In this document: piece by piece, positions 19,701 to 29,143 of the stretch
Layout: each line of letters begins with the position of its first letter
How positions within the stretch are numbered: position 1 is the first letter of the stretch
From: a virus
Taxonomy: Duplodnaviria; Caudoviricetes
Virus record (IMG/VR): IMGVR_UViG_3300032116_020335
Span: 1-52,221 of that record
Length of the DNA stretch: 52,221 bases
Strand: one strand, 5' to 3'
Notes under the pieces: model-generated
Database searches by the model: none
What the model was told of the DNA's origin: nothing
What the model saw: the letters and a program-made list of their open reading frames with translations, nothing else
Position numbers and translations under genes: made by a program

Positions 19701-22700
19701 CCCTCATAATAATAATATGTATTTGGTATTAATGTAACATCATTTACAAAATAGAATAAATTTTTATCAATACTAAAGAATGGTGCGTAACTATTTGGTT
19801 GTGGATATGGTGCAACTCTAAGACTTGATGAACCACTTAATACAATACCAGCATCAAAATAATATGCTGCTGTATTATTTGTGTCCATTCCATAATCTGA
19901 AAGGTAATCAAATGTACCACTATTACCATTTGTAATAACATTTCCTGTATAAACGGTAAGACCTGTTGTGTATGTAATTCCTGATGAATCACCAAATAAT
20001 TTTAATGATGTTGTACTTGAATATTGGTTGGAATATTGTTCAGTACTTGATGTTAATATTGCAGCATCAATTTCTGTTGTAAATGGTGTTATATCACCCT
20101 CAAAATCATATAATACCGTACCACCTGAAATATATTCATATATTGTTTTAGTAGATGATGTTGATGCTGTTAAAACTAAAGAACTTAAACCTGAAAAAGT
20201 TTGTGCAGTTGTTGATGTTATTACTACATCTAGAATATCTGTTGTTATACCACTAATAGAACTTTCAAAATCAATATTACTTGAACTATTAAAGAAATAA
20301 GTATAACTTGTTGAATAACCTGTTAAATATGTAACTGAAAATAGTGGTTCAAGTGGTCTTAGTTGTAAAGAATAACTACCTGAATGTGTAAATGATGTAG
20401 TTGATGTAATAATTATATCATAAACATCACTTGTAACACCTGTTATTGTATTTTCAAATGTACCATTATCGCCATTTAAAAAATAATTTGTATTTCCTGA
20501 AACTTTGTATTGTTCAAATACAAAATCATCAAAAGTAAATTTATAGTCAATTGAAATTCCTGTTGGATTTACAAATTTAATTAATGGTAAATAACTTGTA
20601 TTACCTGTTATTGCTGATGGACTTAAAAACTCTAATCTTAAATCAGTCCAAGTTTGAGTAGGTGTTGTTGTTGTATATGTTAATGAAGATATAATTATAT
20701 TTTCAGAATCTAAACCACCTGAAAATGTTAAATAAACACCTTTAGTCTCTCCTGAATTATAACTATTATCATCATAAAATTTACCTTTATATACATATTT
20801 TCTATCAGGGATAATATTTACAGGATTAAAAATTAATAAATTATCACCTGTTGCGCTAAATGTAAAACCTGATGTGGAAACAATATTTTCAATAATTGCA
20901 GGTGAATATTCAATTATTGATATATCATCAAAATAAAACTTATAGTCATTAACTAAATCAAAAATATAGTCTACTTTAATTGATGGAATATAATTTGTAA
21001 TACCTGTAAATGCTGATGGAGTTGTAAACTCTAAATATAAATCAACCCATTTTCTTTTTTCAATTGTATTATTGTATGTAATTGATGTTAATTCTGTATT
21101 TTCAGGGTCTAAACCACCTTGGAAACTTAAAAATACTGATTTGTTAGTGCCTGAAAAACTATTATCATCATAAAACTTAGCAGTATATACATATCTACAA
21201 TTTGGATTAACTGTTATACCTGTTGTACCAAATATTGGTGTTGGTAAAGTATTAATTAATAGTAAATTGTTAGTATCGGATGTATATGATATTGTGGATG
21301 CACTAGAATTACTTAATTTTAAAGTTGTTGAACATTGATAAGGATGGTCAGCACTTATTTCAACTAAACCATTAATAACTTCAGTAGTAACATTTCCAGC
21401 TTGGTAAATATCATTAATTAAATTTGTGCTTGCGCTAAAAGTTGTTGAACTAATTACCGTTGTCGGTTTAACATTCATTAATAATTTTGAATTATCCTGG
21501 GATAAAACTGTAGTAAACAAATTATAAAGAACATCAGTAGTAATACCTGTTATAGATGCTTGTAGATTATTTGTATCTCCATACTCTATTTGGCTAGTTC
21601 CACCTGTTAATTGAACATCATATTCATCAAATATAAAGTTGTCAAAATATAATTCGTAAAATCTTGTTGCTGCTGTAATATCTTCTACTTTTACAACAGG
21701 TGTATAAGCTGTTAGCCCTGTAATAACTTGTGGAGTTTGAAATTCTAAACTCAAATCAATCCAAGTTTGTGGTAAATCTTCTGTTGTTAAATATGTAGAT
21801 GCTGTTATTACGGTAATTTCAGAATCTAACCCTTCTAAAAATCCAAGATAAATGTCATTAATATAACAATTAAAACTATCATGGTCATATATTTTAGCAG
21901 AATATATATATCTTTTATTTGGTTGTATTGAAATTGGTTGTGTAAACTTCAATAAATTATTAGTTATTGAACTAAATGTTGATGCTGTGTAGTCATTGTA
22001 AGTTAATAACAATGAACCACTTCCTGAATAAACTTCTGTTGAACTGCTTAATAATAAGCTATTTACGACATCTGTACTTACATTATTAATAGCTGTTTCA
22101 AAAGTACCAAAATCACCATCGTTGAATAGTGTTTGTCCTGTTACTAATGTATAACTATATCCGCTTAAATTTTCAATACTATAACCACTTTGATAAATAA
22201 ATTCTCTACCTGTAATAATATTTTCGGTTACAGTTGCTGATGAAAATGCATCAACATAAGAGTGTTTTAATCCCCAAGTTCCACCACCCCAATTTATTGT
22301 GAATGGTATACCTATTTGTTTATCTGCGTCAATACTTAAAGGTCTTAACCAAAAGAATTCTTCAGTATTATCAACTTCATGAAATAATTTACCGTTTACA
22401 AAGATTTTAAAGAAACCATCTCTTCTTGGAACACAATCAATTAAATTATCACCTTCATAATCTTTGATTTTTCTACAATATCTAAATGTTGTAACAATAT
22501 TTGTCCAACCTGTAGTTTCTATTGGATTATCAGTTTTATATTCAGCAGTAAAGCCAGATGTAATTAAATATCTTAATGATATTGTCTTATCATTATTAAA
22601 TTTTAAACCTGCTGCATTATATTCAACATCGTTAAAATAATTATTTATATCATAACTAATTTTTGATGTATCATCATTTGCACCTGAAAATGCAATGTTA

Positions 22701-23215
22701 AACTTATTTTCAGATTTAGCACCTAAATATAAAAAGAAGCCATCTGTAAATGATTGTATATTATCAAATGTATCTTGGTCAATATATAACCAAGTATCTA
22801 TTGTAAAACCATTATCAGTTCTATATTTTGAAAGTTGGTAGTATTTATCATGTAATTTAAAATATGTACTTAAATAACCACCCGATAAAGCAAAAGAATT
22901 TCCTTCATCGCCTGTATTTAATGACACTTGTGGAAATGTTGTATTCCCTTCCGAATCATTATAACCTAATCTTTGAAGGATTAAGTTTCTATCTCTTTTT
23001 GTAAAAGTTTTTGTTTGTGTTAAAGATGTTGCAAGACCAAAATCGTACATTGTTTGACCATATCCTGTTAAAGTCAGGTCGGACAAAATATAATTTTCCC
23101 AAAATGTTAAACTAGTTACAGAAAATCCTGCATTATTGTCAAATGACTTTATATTTGAAATATCAAAATCAAATATAATGTTATCTTTGGTAAGTCCTGT
23201 ATTATTGAATATCAT
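16766..23215 (-). CDS. Giant virion protein (2149 aa): LamG/concanavalin-like domain interrupted by nine CBM-like jelly-roll modules
   Basis: LamG N-part (FTIDTWLY...WTNIVTTF...KIFVNGKL...WGGG) and LamG C-part (GSFYGKIQRLRMYD..L...EIKKNY) flank repeats of Y....KFYDDNS...LDSE...TW.DL...F.TP...YKFYFDD. Confidence 0.7.
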   Translation of the reverse strand: MIFNNTGLTKDNIIFDFDISNIKSFDNNAGFSVTSLTFWENYILSDLTLTGYGQTMYDFGLATSLTQTKTFTKRDRNLILQRLGYNDSEGNTTFPQVSLNTGDEGNSFALSGGYLSTYFKLHDKYYQLSKYRTDNGFTIDTWLYIDQDTFDNIQSFTDGFFLYLGAKSENKFNIAFSGANDDTSKISYDINNYFNDVEYNAAGLKFNNDKTISLRYLITSGFTAEYKTDNPIETTGWTNIVTTFRYCRKIKDYEGDNLIDCVPRRDGFFKIFVNGKLFHEVDNTEEFFWLRPLSIDADKQIGIPFTINWGGGTWGLKHSYVDAFSSATVTENIITGREFIYQSGYSIENLSGYSYTLVTGQTLFNDGDFGTFETAINNVSTDVVNSLLLSSSTEVYSGSGSLLLTYNDYTASTFSSITNNLLKFTQPISIQPNKRYIYSAKIYDHDSFNCYINDIYLGFLEGLDSEITVITASTYLTTEDLPQTWIDLSLEFQTPQVITGLTAYTPVVKVEDITAATRFYELYFDNFIFDEYDVQLTGGTSQIEYGDTNNLQASITGITTDVLYNLFTTVLSQDNSKLLMNVKPTTVISSTTFSASTNLINDIYQAGNVTTEVINGLVEISADHPYQCSTTLKLSNSSASTISYTSDTNNLLLINTLPTPIFGTTGITVNPNCRYVYTAKFYDDNSFSGTNKSVFLSFQGGLDPENTELTSITYNNTIEKRKWVDLYLEFTTPSAFTGITNYIPSIKVDYIFDLVNDYKFYFDDISIIEYSPAIIENIVSTSGFTFSATGDNLLIFNPVNIIPDRKYVYKGKFYDDNSYNSGETKGVYLTFSGGLDSENIIISSLTYTTTTPTQTWTDLRLEFLSPSAITGNTSYLPLIKFVNPTGISIDYKFTFDDFVFEQYKVSGNTNYFLNGDNGTFENTITGVTSDVYDIIITSTTSFTHSGSYSLQLRPLEPLFSVTYLTGYSTSYTYFFNSSSNIDFESSISGITTDILDVVITSTTAQTFSGLSSLVLTASTSSTKTIYEYISGGTVLYDFEGDITPFTTEIDAAILTSSTEQYSNQYSSTTSLKLFGDSSGITYTTGLTVYTGNVITNGNSGTFDYLSDYGMDTNNTAAYYFDAGIVLSGSSSLRVAPYPQPNSYAPFFSIDKNLFYFVNDVTLIPNTYYYYEGYFYNYTATSETTFVTAYTGTNASGNVINISAYTQNIAQTWTGSNRGVYLDTIPALDPEILILSAETYTSTTSANTWTKLTYVFKTPSAMTGNTTYKFSTSIDYENDLTEPSVTNFIFTGGTSGESVTSLTINNIGYNFFFDNYYLSYETIDTYSSFTLSSTTDVLVKFSSFTITTDTKYFLNTQFYDDNSYLTGQDKGVILELSGGLDSENIIISSLTYTTTTSSQTWVDLSLSFTTPSALTGSTSYIPIAKLYNKSGISSSYKFYFDNFSITNYPLTPFTSFTFSSLTNSLLTLSALTPEVNKKYIISAKFFDDNSYNTGETKGVYIGFLPSLDSEHTVVSSLTYTTTTSSGVWNDLKIEFNTPTQITGVTSYTPYVFIDNPTGINQNYKFYFDEIYTEDYNLLPVLALTGFSYVFSSAITKTFESSIENVSSETINALLEVSTEQYFSGNSSLRLALPSLVITQYTSNTLTINDGNFGEFEDSGHTIGITTGITIDLVDGTLEAIPFSEVGNPSAFILNIRNNDFTGNTFNSPTNTIFTLTDPKPINPSKVYIIESRFNDFFSFVGTYKYVEINFLNLDSENEVLGKTAYTSSDSFNTWYTLRTEIKTPSIITGSTAYTLGATVDFGDCFPSVYSFRFDDFKLYEQDIVTGLTYSSVTDNIFKFEDININPAKKYTLSTKFYDDNSYLSGESKSIYFDFEPSLSGENLIITSITYNDSVSSNTWLDLSIEFTTPEVISSYTIYTPVIKAGNITAITENYKFFIDNYSFSEYNLIPDTISSSTATTFSSLTNNLLIFENALEVKPNKKYVLEGYFYDDNGYYSNTEKGIYFDFINPLSSEIEVLTTTTYNTNSSANTWTYLSIDFVTPNEISGYTSYTPVVKFENAENITSYYNFYFDDITFREYDVVYLTGTTSYTISTEILYNRGIKSVIEDNFDGSFYGKIQRLRMYDIDLGFPEIKKNYNYFSDRYGFRKLK

Positions 23216-23268
23216 TCTATTTTATATATAAATAGAAAAATATTCAAAAAATGACGTAAGTATTTTAT

Positions 23269-25839
23269 TTAATTTTTTAATTCTATGAAAGAATTTCCAT
23301 TTTCATCTTTATCAACCATAATAAGATAATCTGGATTAATTATATCACCATATGCATGCTCAATAATTAAGATTTTATCAATATCTTGTTTAACTTTATT
23401 CATAAGATTTATAAAGTTAATTGCATTTCTTTCAGAGAGTTTACCAAACAGTTCATCAAGTAAAAGAATGTTCGGTCTTGACCTATTATTCATAAATCTT
23501 AATGCAAGTCTAAGGCAAATACAAGCAAATACTCTTTCCATTCCTGAACCTGAAATAACATTCTGAATAATTTCAGGAGTATCTTTTTTTGACATTTGAA
23601 AAAAGAGTTCGTTATCAAAGAATACATTAAAATCAATATCTTCAGTATATCCTTGAAGATACATATTTACTTTTGGAATTAATTTTTTTAATAATGTGCT
23701 TGGAATACCTTCTCTGTGAATACAATTCTGATATTCTTCTCTGATTAACTCTTGTCTTTGTTGTTCTAAATATTTTGTAATTGTATCTTTATAGTTTTTG
23801 ATTTCATTTTCAGCAAATTCAATTTTATATTTAAAATCATTTACTTCTTTTTTTAATGATTCTTTATCATCTTTAAATTCATTTACCTTTGTTTTGTATG
23901 TATCAATTTTTGATTGAATCTTTTTATTTTCTTCAATATAAACTATATTGATATCATATCTTTTTAAGATATCATTTTTTTGAGAGATTTTTAAGTCAAT
24001 ATTTTCAATATGCATTGGAATATTATCATATTCCTGTTTGAATTTATTTCTTTTTTCAATCTCTTTAATAATTAATTCAATTTTTGTAATCTTTTCCTTT
24101 ACTTTCGTAATTGAAACACTTTCTTTTTTAATATCATCCTCAAAATTCTTTATTAATGATTTTTTACTTTCAATCATTAATTCTTTATCTTTGTTTTCTT
24201 CTTTATATTTATCAATATTTTTATTGATTGACTTAATATCTAATTCATATTTCTTTTTGAAAGTTTCTTTTTTAATATCATTCTGAATTTTTTGAATGTC
24301 TTCTTTTAATTTATCAACCTTTACCCTAATTGATGCAATTGCATCTTTATCTTTTAAACGATTACAACTTGGACAAACTTTACTGTCTTCTAATAAAGAA
24401 ATTTCTCTTTCAATTAAATCAATTTGTCTTTCTAAGGCAAGTCTATCATTATCAATTTGAGAATCAATTTTTGATAATGCTATATTATCTTTATGTATAT
24501 ACCCATTTATAACGGCAATATCATTTGTTATAATATTAATTTCTTTATTTAAGTCTTTTATTTGGTCATTTTTAGAAATTAACCAACCATTAAATGAATT
24601 TGATTTTTCCTTTAAAGAGTTATAAAGTTCTTCATCCAAAACAAACTTATTAAGTTCTTCAATTTGTTTTAAAAGGTCTTTCTGTGACCTTTTCTTTTCT
24701 TCTTTATCATCAATAAGTTTATTAATTTCAGATTTAACATTATTAATGTTAAGATTGATTAATTGGTTATCAATTGATTTTAATGTTTTAATCGTATTTT
24801 CAACATGTGTTTCCCCATTTGAAATTCTTTCATTTAGAACATTAATTTTATCTTCTCTATCAATTATATTATTTTCCCAATCTTCAATATAGACTTTTGC
24901 ATCCTCAATAAGTTGATTATATCTATCAACAGAAATATTTAAAAGACTTTCTTTTTTATATTCATTTTTCTTATATATTTTGAATACTTCAAGTTTCTTT
25001 TCAAATATATCAAGACCTGTATCTCTTAGAATTGAGTCTAAGAATTTTGCATGGTCAGTTGTAAGAATATCATTTAAAGTATCAGCATTAATTAAGGATT
25101 TTGTGATAAATTCATCAAAATCCCCAATTGAATGTTCAATTAATCTTTGAGTATTAGTTTTATCTTGTTCTGAAAGATTATTTTCATCAATAATCTCACC
25201 ATTTGAGTCTAATTTATTGAAATAAGTCTTTGTTGAACAAGAAGTGATGTCTGTATGTGTTTTATCCCATTTTCTTTCAGTCCTTCTTCTAATTGCATAG
25301 TCTTCACCATTAATTTCAATGATTAACTGAACTTCTGAATAATCTTTTTTGTTATTGTTGTTGATAAATTTATTATCTCTGTTCTTCTCTTTTTTGAGAG
25401 TATCAAAGGTAGTACCATAAAGACCATATGTAATAGAGTTTAAAATATTTGAATTATGAACTGCAATATTGTTAGCATAATATTCACCAATACCTTCAAC
25501 TTGAATATCTACTAGGTCAATAGTTGTATGTGGGCATGTTGAAATTCTAAAAATATTTTCAATTCCATCTTTAGTTTTGACTTTAATGAAAGGACATTCT
25601 TTTCCAATTTCATCAAATGATTTAAAAAGACCTAAATCTGTTCTAATAAGATGGTCTTTAGATATTGATAATCGTTTTCCTTTTTCCGTTTCTAGTGTCC
25701 AAAATTGAGAATCCTTTGATGTGATATCATAGGCAAGAATTTTTGAATACCCACATGGGGTTTCAACCTCAATATTTAATTCAGGAAGTAAATCCTTTAA
25801 AAATCTAAGATTTTCAATCTTTATTTGTTTCTCTGTCAT
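23269..25839 (-). CDS. sbcC: Split-intein C-fragment (IntC) fused to the Rad50/SbcC (gp46-like) ATPase body, which lacks the first part of its Walker A motif
   Basis: Likely start MTEKQ at ATG 25839; the ORF track starts at 25863. Intein block B (SKDH) and blocks F/G (DLVDIQVEG..EYYANNIAVHN|S) are followed by SNILNSITYGLYG, a coiled coil, zinc hook CPSC, signature SGSGMER, Walker B ILLLDE and H-loop IIEH. Confidence 0.92.
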   Translation of the reverse strand: MTEKQIKIENLRFLKDLLPELNIEVETPCGYSKILAYDITSKDSQFWTLETEKGKRLSISKDHLIRTDLGLFKSFDEIGKECPFIKVKTKDGIENIFRISTCPHTTIDLVDIQVEGIGEYYANNIAVHNSNILNSITYGLYGTTFDTLKKEKNRDNKFINNNNKKDYSEVQLIIEINGEDYAIRRRTERKWDKTHTDITSCSTKTYFNKLDSNGEIIDENNLSEQDKTNTQRLIEHSIGDFDEFITKSLINADTLNDILTTDHAKFLDSILRDTGLDIFEKKLEVFKIYKKNEYKKESLLNISVDRYNQLIEDAKVYIEDWENNIIDREDKINVLNERISNGETHVENTIKTLKSIDNQLINLNINNVKSEINKLIDDKEEKKRSQKDLLKQIEELNKFVLDEELYNSLKEKSNSFNGWLISKNDQIKDLNKEINIITNDIAVINGYIHKDNIALSKIDSQIDNDRLALERQIDLIEREISLLEDSKVCPSCNRLKDKDAIASIRVKVDKLKEDIQKIQNDIKKETFKKKYELDIKSINKNIDKYKEENKDKELMIESKKSLIKNFEDDIKKESVSITKVKEKITKIELIIKEIEKRNKFKQEYDNIPMHIENIDLKISQKNDILKRYDINIVYIEENKKIQSKIDTYKTKVNEFKDDKESLKKEVNDFKYKIEFAENEIKNYKDTITKYLEQQRQELIREEYQNCIHREGIPSTLLKKLIPKVNMYLQGYTEDIDFNVFFDNELFFQMSKKDTPEIIQNVISGSGMERVFACICLRLALRFMNNRSRPNILLLDELFGKLSERNAINFINLMNKVKQDIDKILIIEHAYGDIINPDYLIMVDKDENGNSFIELKN
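25453..25839 (-). other. IntC of an atypically split intein (~129 aa, mini-intein with no endonuclease)
   Basis: Terminal His-Asn (CAT AAT at 25458-25453) is followed by Ser+1 (TCA 25452-25450). Block B His lies in RLSISKDH. There is no N-terminal Cys1/block A. Confidence 0.9.
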
Positions 25840-26389
25840 TTTCAAGTAAAGGAAAAATTTCAATAATATTTGTCACCCTATTGTTATAATTCTCATGTTT
25901 CTTTTCAGGGTCAAAAAGAATAATTTTAGTATTTTTAAACTCTAATTCAGATAATTTTGGATTAGCAGTTAATATATAATCAAAGTTTTCATTAACATAC
26001 TCATCAAATTTATTATAAAATCTTATTTGGTCAAAATAAAAACCTGCTGAAAAGTTTGATATATAAAAAGCTGTAAGATTTCTAAATTTGTGTCCTTCTC
26101 TTGATATCATTACTGTTTTATATCCATTTTCGGATAATTCGGGATAGATTTGATTTAAATGTGCAATCAATTCTTTTGATGGTAGTGTTGATTTAGCAAA
26201 TAACTCATAGGAGTATTGAAATAAAAAATCTTCTAATTCATCATTTTCAAAATGGAATGAAAGTAGAGGGTTAAAGGGGTCTATTGGATAACCTATAGAC
26301 CTATCAGCGTATTCAATCTGATAATATTGTTCAAATTTCTTTATGAAATCTCTTAAAATCCCATTCACTTCTATTGCAAAAGTCTTCAT
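25814..26389 (-). CDS. HAD-superfamily 5'(3')-deoxyribonucleotidase-like protein with a degenerate catalytic motif
   Basis: N-terminus FAIEVNGILRDF resembles IGID(I/V)DGVL.D. C-terminus ends ...N.RV.NI.E. Confidence 0.5.
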   Translation of the reverse strand: MKTFAIEVNGILRDFIKKFEQYYQIEYADRSIGYPIDPFNPLLSFHFENDELEDFLFQYSYELFAKSTLPSKELIAHLNQIYPELSENGYKTVMISREGHKFRNLTAFYISNFSAGFYFDQIRFYNKFDEYVNENFDYILTANPKLSELEFKNTKIILFDPEKKHENYNNRVTNIIEIFPLLENDRETNKD

Positions 26390-26405
26390 TTGTCTAAGTT
26401 TTGTA

Positions 26406-26413
26406 CAAATATA
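26406..26413 (-). promoter_or_regulatory. Bacteroidota sigma-A-type -7 box (TATATTTG) upstream of the HAD-like gene and IntC-Rad50
   Basis: Matches TAnnTTTG and lies 16 nt upstream of ATG 26389, in the divergent intergenic region. Confidence 0.55.
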
Positions 26414-26449
26414 TAAAAAATTATCGTATTTTAATTAAAATTTTTAAAA

Positions 26450-27535
26450 ATGAACAGACTAGAAAAATTAAAAGAATTATTTTCTAATATTGAAAGCAAT
26501 AACTTCAATATTTATCTGTATGTTCCTTCAATTCCTGAGAATGTTTATTCAATGGCAGTTGAAGAGATATACAACATTTGTTATCTATTAAGAAAAAATA
26601 GTTACAATGCGTTTCTCATTACAGGTGAAGATGAAAAAGAACCTGAATTTAAAATTCCAACTTATTTAAGGGAGGAATTAAGGTCATTACCACATCTTTC
26701 ACCAAAAAAAGATAATATTAATGTTACACCAAATGATATGATGATTGTTCCTGAGTTTTTTGTTAATGTAATGCACCAAATTTCAGAAGCAAAAATTCAA
26801 TGTGAAAAAATTGTTCTTTGTCAATCTCAAACATATATGCTTGATTCTCTTCCACCAAATCACACTTGGGCTGCATGGGGATTCAATACAATTCTAACAA
26901 CATCTGAGCAACTTAAAGAATTTATTCAAAGAAATTCAAGAGTTAATTACAATATTCAATCATATGAGATTGGGATTCCCGATTTTTTTAAACCTAAAAA
27001 AATTAAGAAACCAATTATTATGTATTTCTCAAGAGAAGATAATAATATTAAAAGATTATCTAAGATTTTCTTTATGAAATATCCTGAACTTTCTTGGGTA
27101 TTATTTGAAAGAGTTCAAGGTGCTGAACCATTTATTACGAGAGAACAACTTGCTGAAAAAATGGGTGAAATTCCTGTTCTGCTTTGGCTTGATAGAGATG
27201 CAGGATTTGGTACACTTCCACTTGAAGCTATGAAAAGTGGTGCTGTGGTTGTTGGTTTGATTCCTGAAATTGAAAAAGATTATACAAAAGTTGATGATAC
27301 ATCTGTTTGGTCAAATTCACTTGAAGTTCTTGCTGAACAACTTGGTGTTGTTATTAAAGAATGGATGGTTGATAATATACCAGATAATGTTTATCAAAAC
27401 ATGAAAAATGTTTCTGAAAAATATAGTCTTGAAAACAATGAAAAAACATTAATTTCTGCTTTTTCAAATATTATTGAAACCAGAAAAACCTTAATTAAAA
27501 ATGCAATAGAAAATACAAATGAAGATGAGCAATAA
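26450..27535 (+). CDS. GT-B (GT4-like) glycosyltransferase; paralog of 40730..41683
   Basis: DMMIVPEF, IVLCQS and DAGFGTLPLEAMKSGAVVVG. Confidence 0.75.
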   Translation: MNRLEKLKELFSNIESNNFNIYLYVPSIPENVYSMAVEEIYNICYLLRKNSYNAFLITGEDEKEPEFKIPTYLREELRSLPHLSPKKDNINVTPNDMMIVPEFFVNVMHQISEAKIQCEKIVLCQSQTYMLDSLPPNHTWAAWGFNTILTTSEQLKEFIQRNSRVNYNIQSYEIGIPDFFKPKKIKKPIIMYFSREDNNIKRLSKIFFMKYPELSWVLFERVQGAEPFITREQLAEKMGEIPVLLWLDRDAGFGTLPLEAMKSGAVVVGLIPEIEKDYTKVDDTSVWSNSLEVLAEQLGVVIKEWMVDNIPDNVYQNMKNVSEKYSLENNEKTLISAFSNIIETRKTLIKNAIENTNEDEQ

Positions 27536-28331
27536 ATTAGATTTAACAGTAATTATTCCAGTTAATAAATTGGAAAATGATTTAGACAAAGAATTGTTTG
27601 GTGTAACAATTGATTCTATTTTTAACCAAAATGCTAAAATTACACCAAAGGAAGTTATTTTGATTACTAATACAGAAACAAATAAATTGATTGACTTATC
27701 AAAATATAGTGATATCAATGTAATAATTAATGATGAAACATCAAATAACTATCAAAGTCAAATTAATAAAGCGGTAAATGAAGTTAAAACAACATTTTTC
27801 ATGATTTTAGATGGAGATGATGAATTAACACCACTTTATTTTAAAAATCTATCAGACCATATGGATGAAATGCCAAATGTTGATATGTTTTTACCAATTA
27901 TTGCTGATGTTACATTAGATAAAAAAATTCATCGCTATATTAATGAAATTAATTGGGCAAAAGATGTAACAAATGATAGGCATGGTTATTTGGTTATGGA
28001 AACATTGATGAATTACAATCTTGTTTCAATTAATGGTGCTGTAATTAAAAAAGAGAAATTTGAAGAAGCAGGTGGACTGAAAGAATCAATGAGATTAAGT
28101 TTTGTTTATGAATTCTTAATGCGTTTTACAAACATTGATGGTATTACTTACACTATTCCTAAAATTGGTTATTTAAGAAAAATTGGTAGAGAAAATAGTT
28201 ATCTAACTGAAATTAGTCAAATGGATGGTGATGAGGTAGCTTTTTGGTGGAACTTAGCCAAGAAAGAATATGTTTGGCCTCATGATAGAAATAAAACTTA
28301 TGTAAAGAAGCAAGAAGCACCTATTATTTAA
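27519..28331 (+). CDS. GT2-family glycosyltransferase
   Basis: LTVIIPV...SIFNQ...INKAV..VKT.FFMILDGDD (DxD motif)...GGLKE. Confidence 0.75.
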   Translation: MKMSNKLDLTVIIPVNKLENDLDKELFGVTIDSIFNQNAKITPKEVILITNTETNKLIDLSKYSDINVIINDETSNNYQSQINKAVNEVKTTFFMILDGDDELTPLYFKNLSDHMDEMPNVDMFLPIIADVTLDKKIHRYINEINWAKDVTNDRHGYLVMETLMNYNLVSINGAVIKKEKFEEAGGLKESMRLSFVYEFLMRFTNIDGITYTIPKIGYLRKIGRENSYLTEISQMDGDEVAFWWNLAKKEYVWPHDRNKTYVKKQEAPII

Positions 28332-28333
28332 TA

Positions 28334-29122
28334 ATGGCTGAAAAAGGTAGACGAGGGAGAAAGGCTAAACCAGGGTCTGTAAAAGAATATTTTACTGATG
28401 CAACAGAAAGGGCTATTATAAGATATAATAGCCCCGACTGTTCATTAGATGAAAAGAATGAAATCTATGAAAAAGAAATTCATAGAGCATTAAAAAAACT
28501 TGCTTATTTTACAGCAAAATCTTATTTTCTTTATTTTTCAAGACGCTATACTATAGAGGATATGGAAAATGACCTTTTAATTTTTGCATTTAATAATCTT
28601 CATATGTTTAATCCTGAAAAGATTAATAAACATGGTGTTAAATCAAAAGCATTTTCCTATTTCTCTACAATTTGTAAGAATGAAGCAAAACACATTTCAG
28701 AAAGAAATTTTAATCAAGATAAATCTAGTGATGATGTAATTGAAAATCTTGATTTATTTGAAAGGGATATAACATTATCATATTGTATTGATGAAAATTT
28801 TGAGGAAAATACAGACATTAATTATATTAAGATTGTATTCTTGGGAATGTGTAATGAAATAAAGAATAAAATTGAAACAGATAAAGTATTAAAAGAGATT
28901 GATGTTAATGTTGGTTATTCTCTCATTTCAATTATTGAGAATTTTAGATATATTAATGAACCAACAGAATCAAAAATGAGTTTATTTTTTATAAATAATA
29001 GAGTAATTGATATGATTTGTGAAATTACAGATAATAGATATAAAAAACAAGATATTAAAAAATCTCTAAAAACATTTAAATGTTTGTATAGTAAGCTAAA
29101 AGATGATTATATGAATAATTGA
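28334..29122 (+). CDS. Phage sigma-factor-like protein (gp55-like late transcription factor candidate)
   Basis: YFT..TE.AII.YN...IY...I, then F...LHMFNPEK...SKAFSYFSTICKN, similar to the region-2 F(A/S)YF motif of phage late sigma factors. Confidence 0.55.
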   Translation: MAEKGRRGRKAKPGSVKEYFTDATERAIIRYNSPDCSLDEKNEIYEKEIHRALKKLAYFTAKSYFLYFSRRYTIEDMENDLLIFAFNNLHMFNPEKINKHGVKSKAFSYFSTICKNEAKHISERNFNQDKSSDDVIENLDLFERDITLSYCIDENFEENTDINYIKIVFLGMCNEIKNKIETDKVLKEIDVNVGYSLISIIENFRYINEPTESKMSLFFINNRVIDMICEITDNRYKKQDIKKSLKTFKCLYSKLKDDYMNN

Positions 29123-29143
29123 CTATTTATGAGTAAATAACCC

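Noticed and set aside
158-23215. Diversity-generating retroelement acting on fibre genes
   Set aside because: No reverse transcriptase is present in the window, and I saw no TR/VR pair with adenine-specific mismatches.
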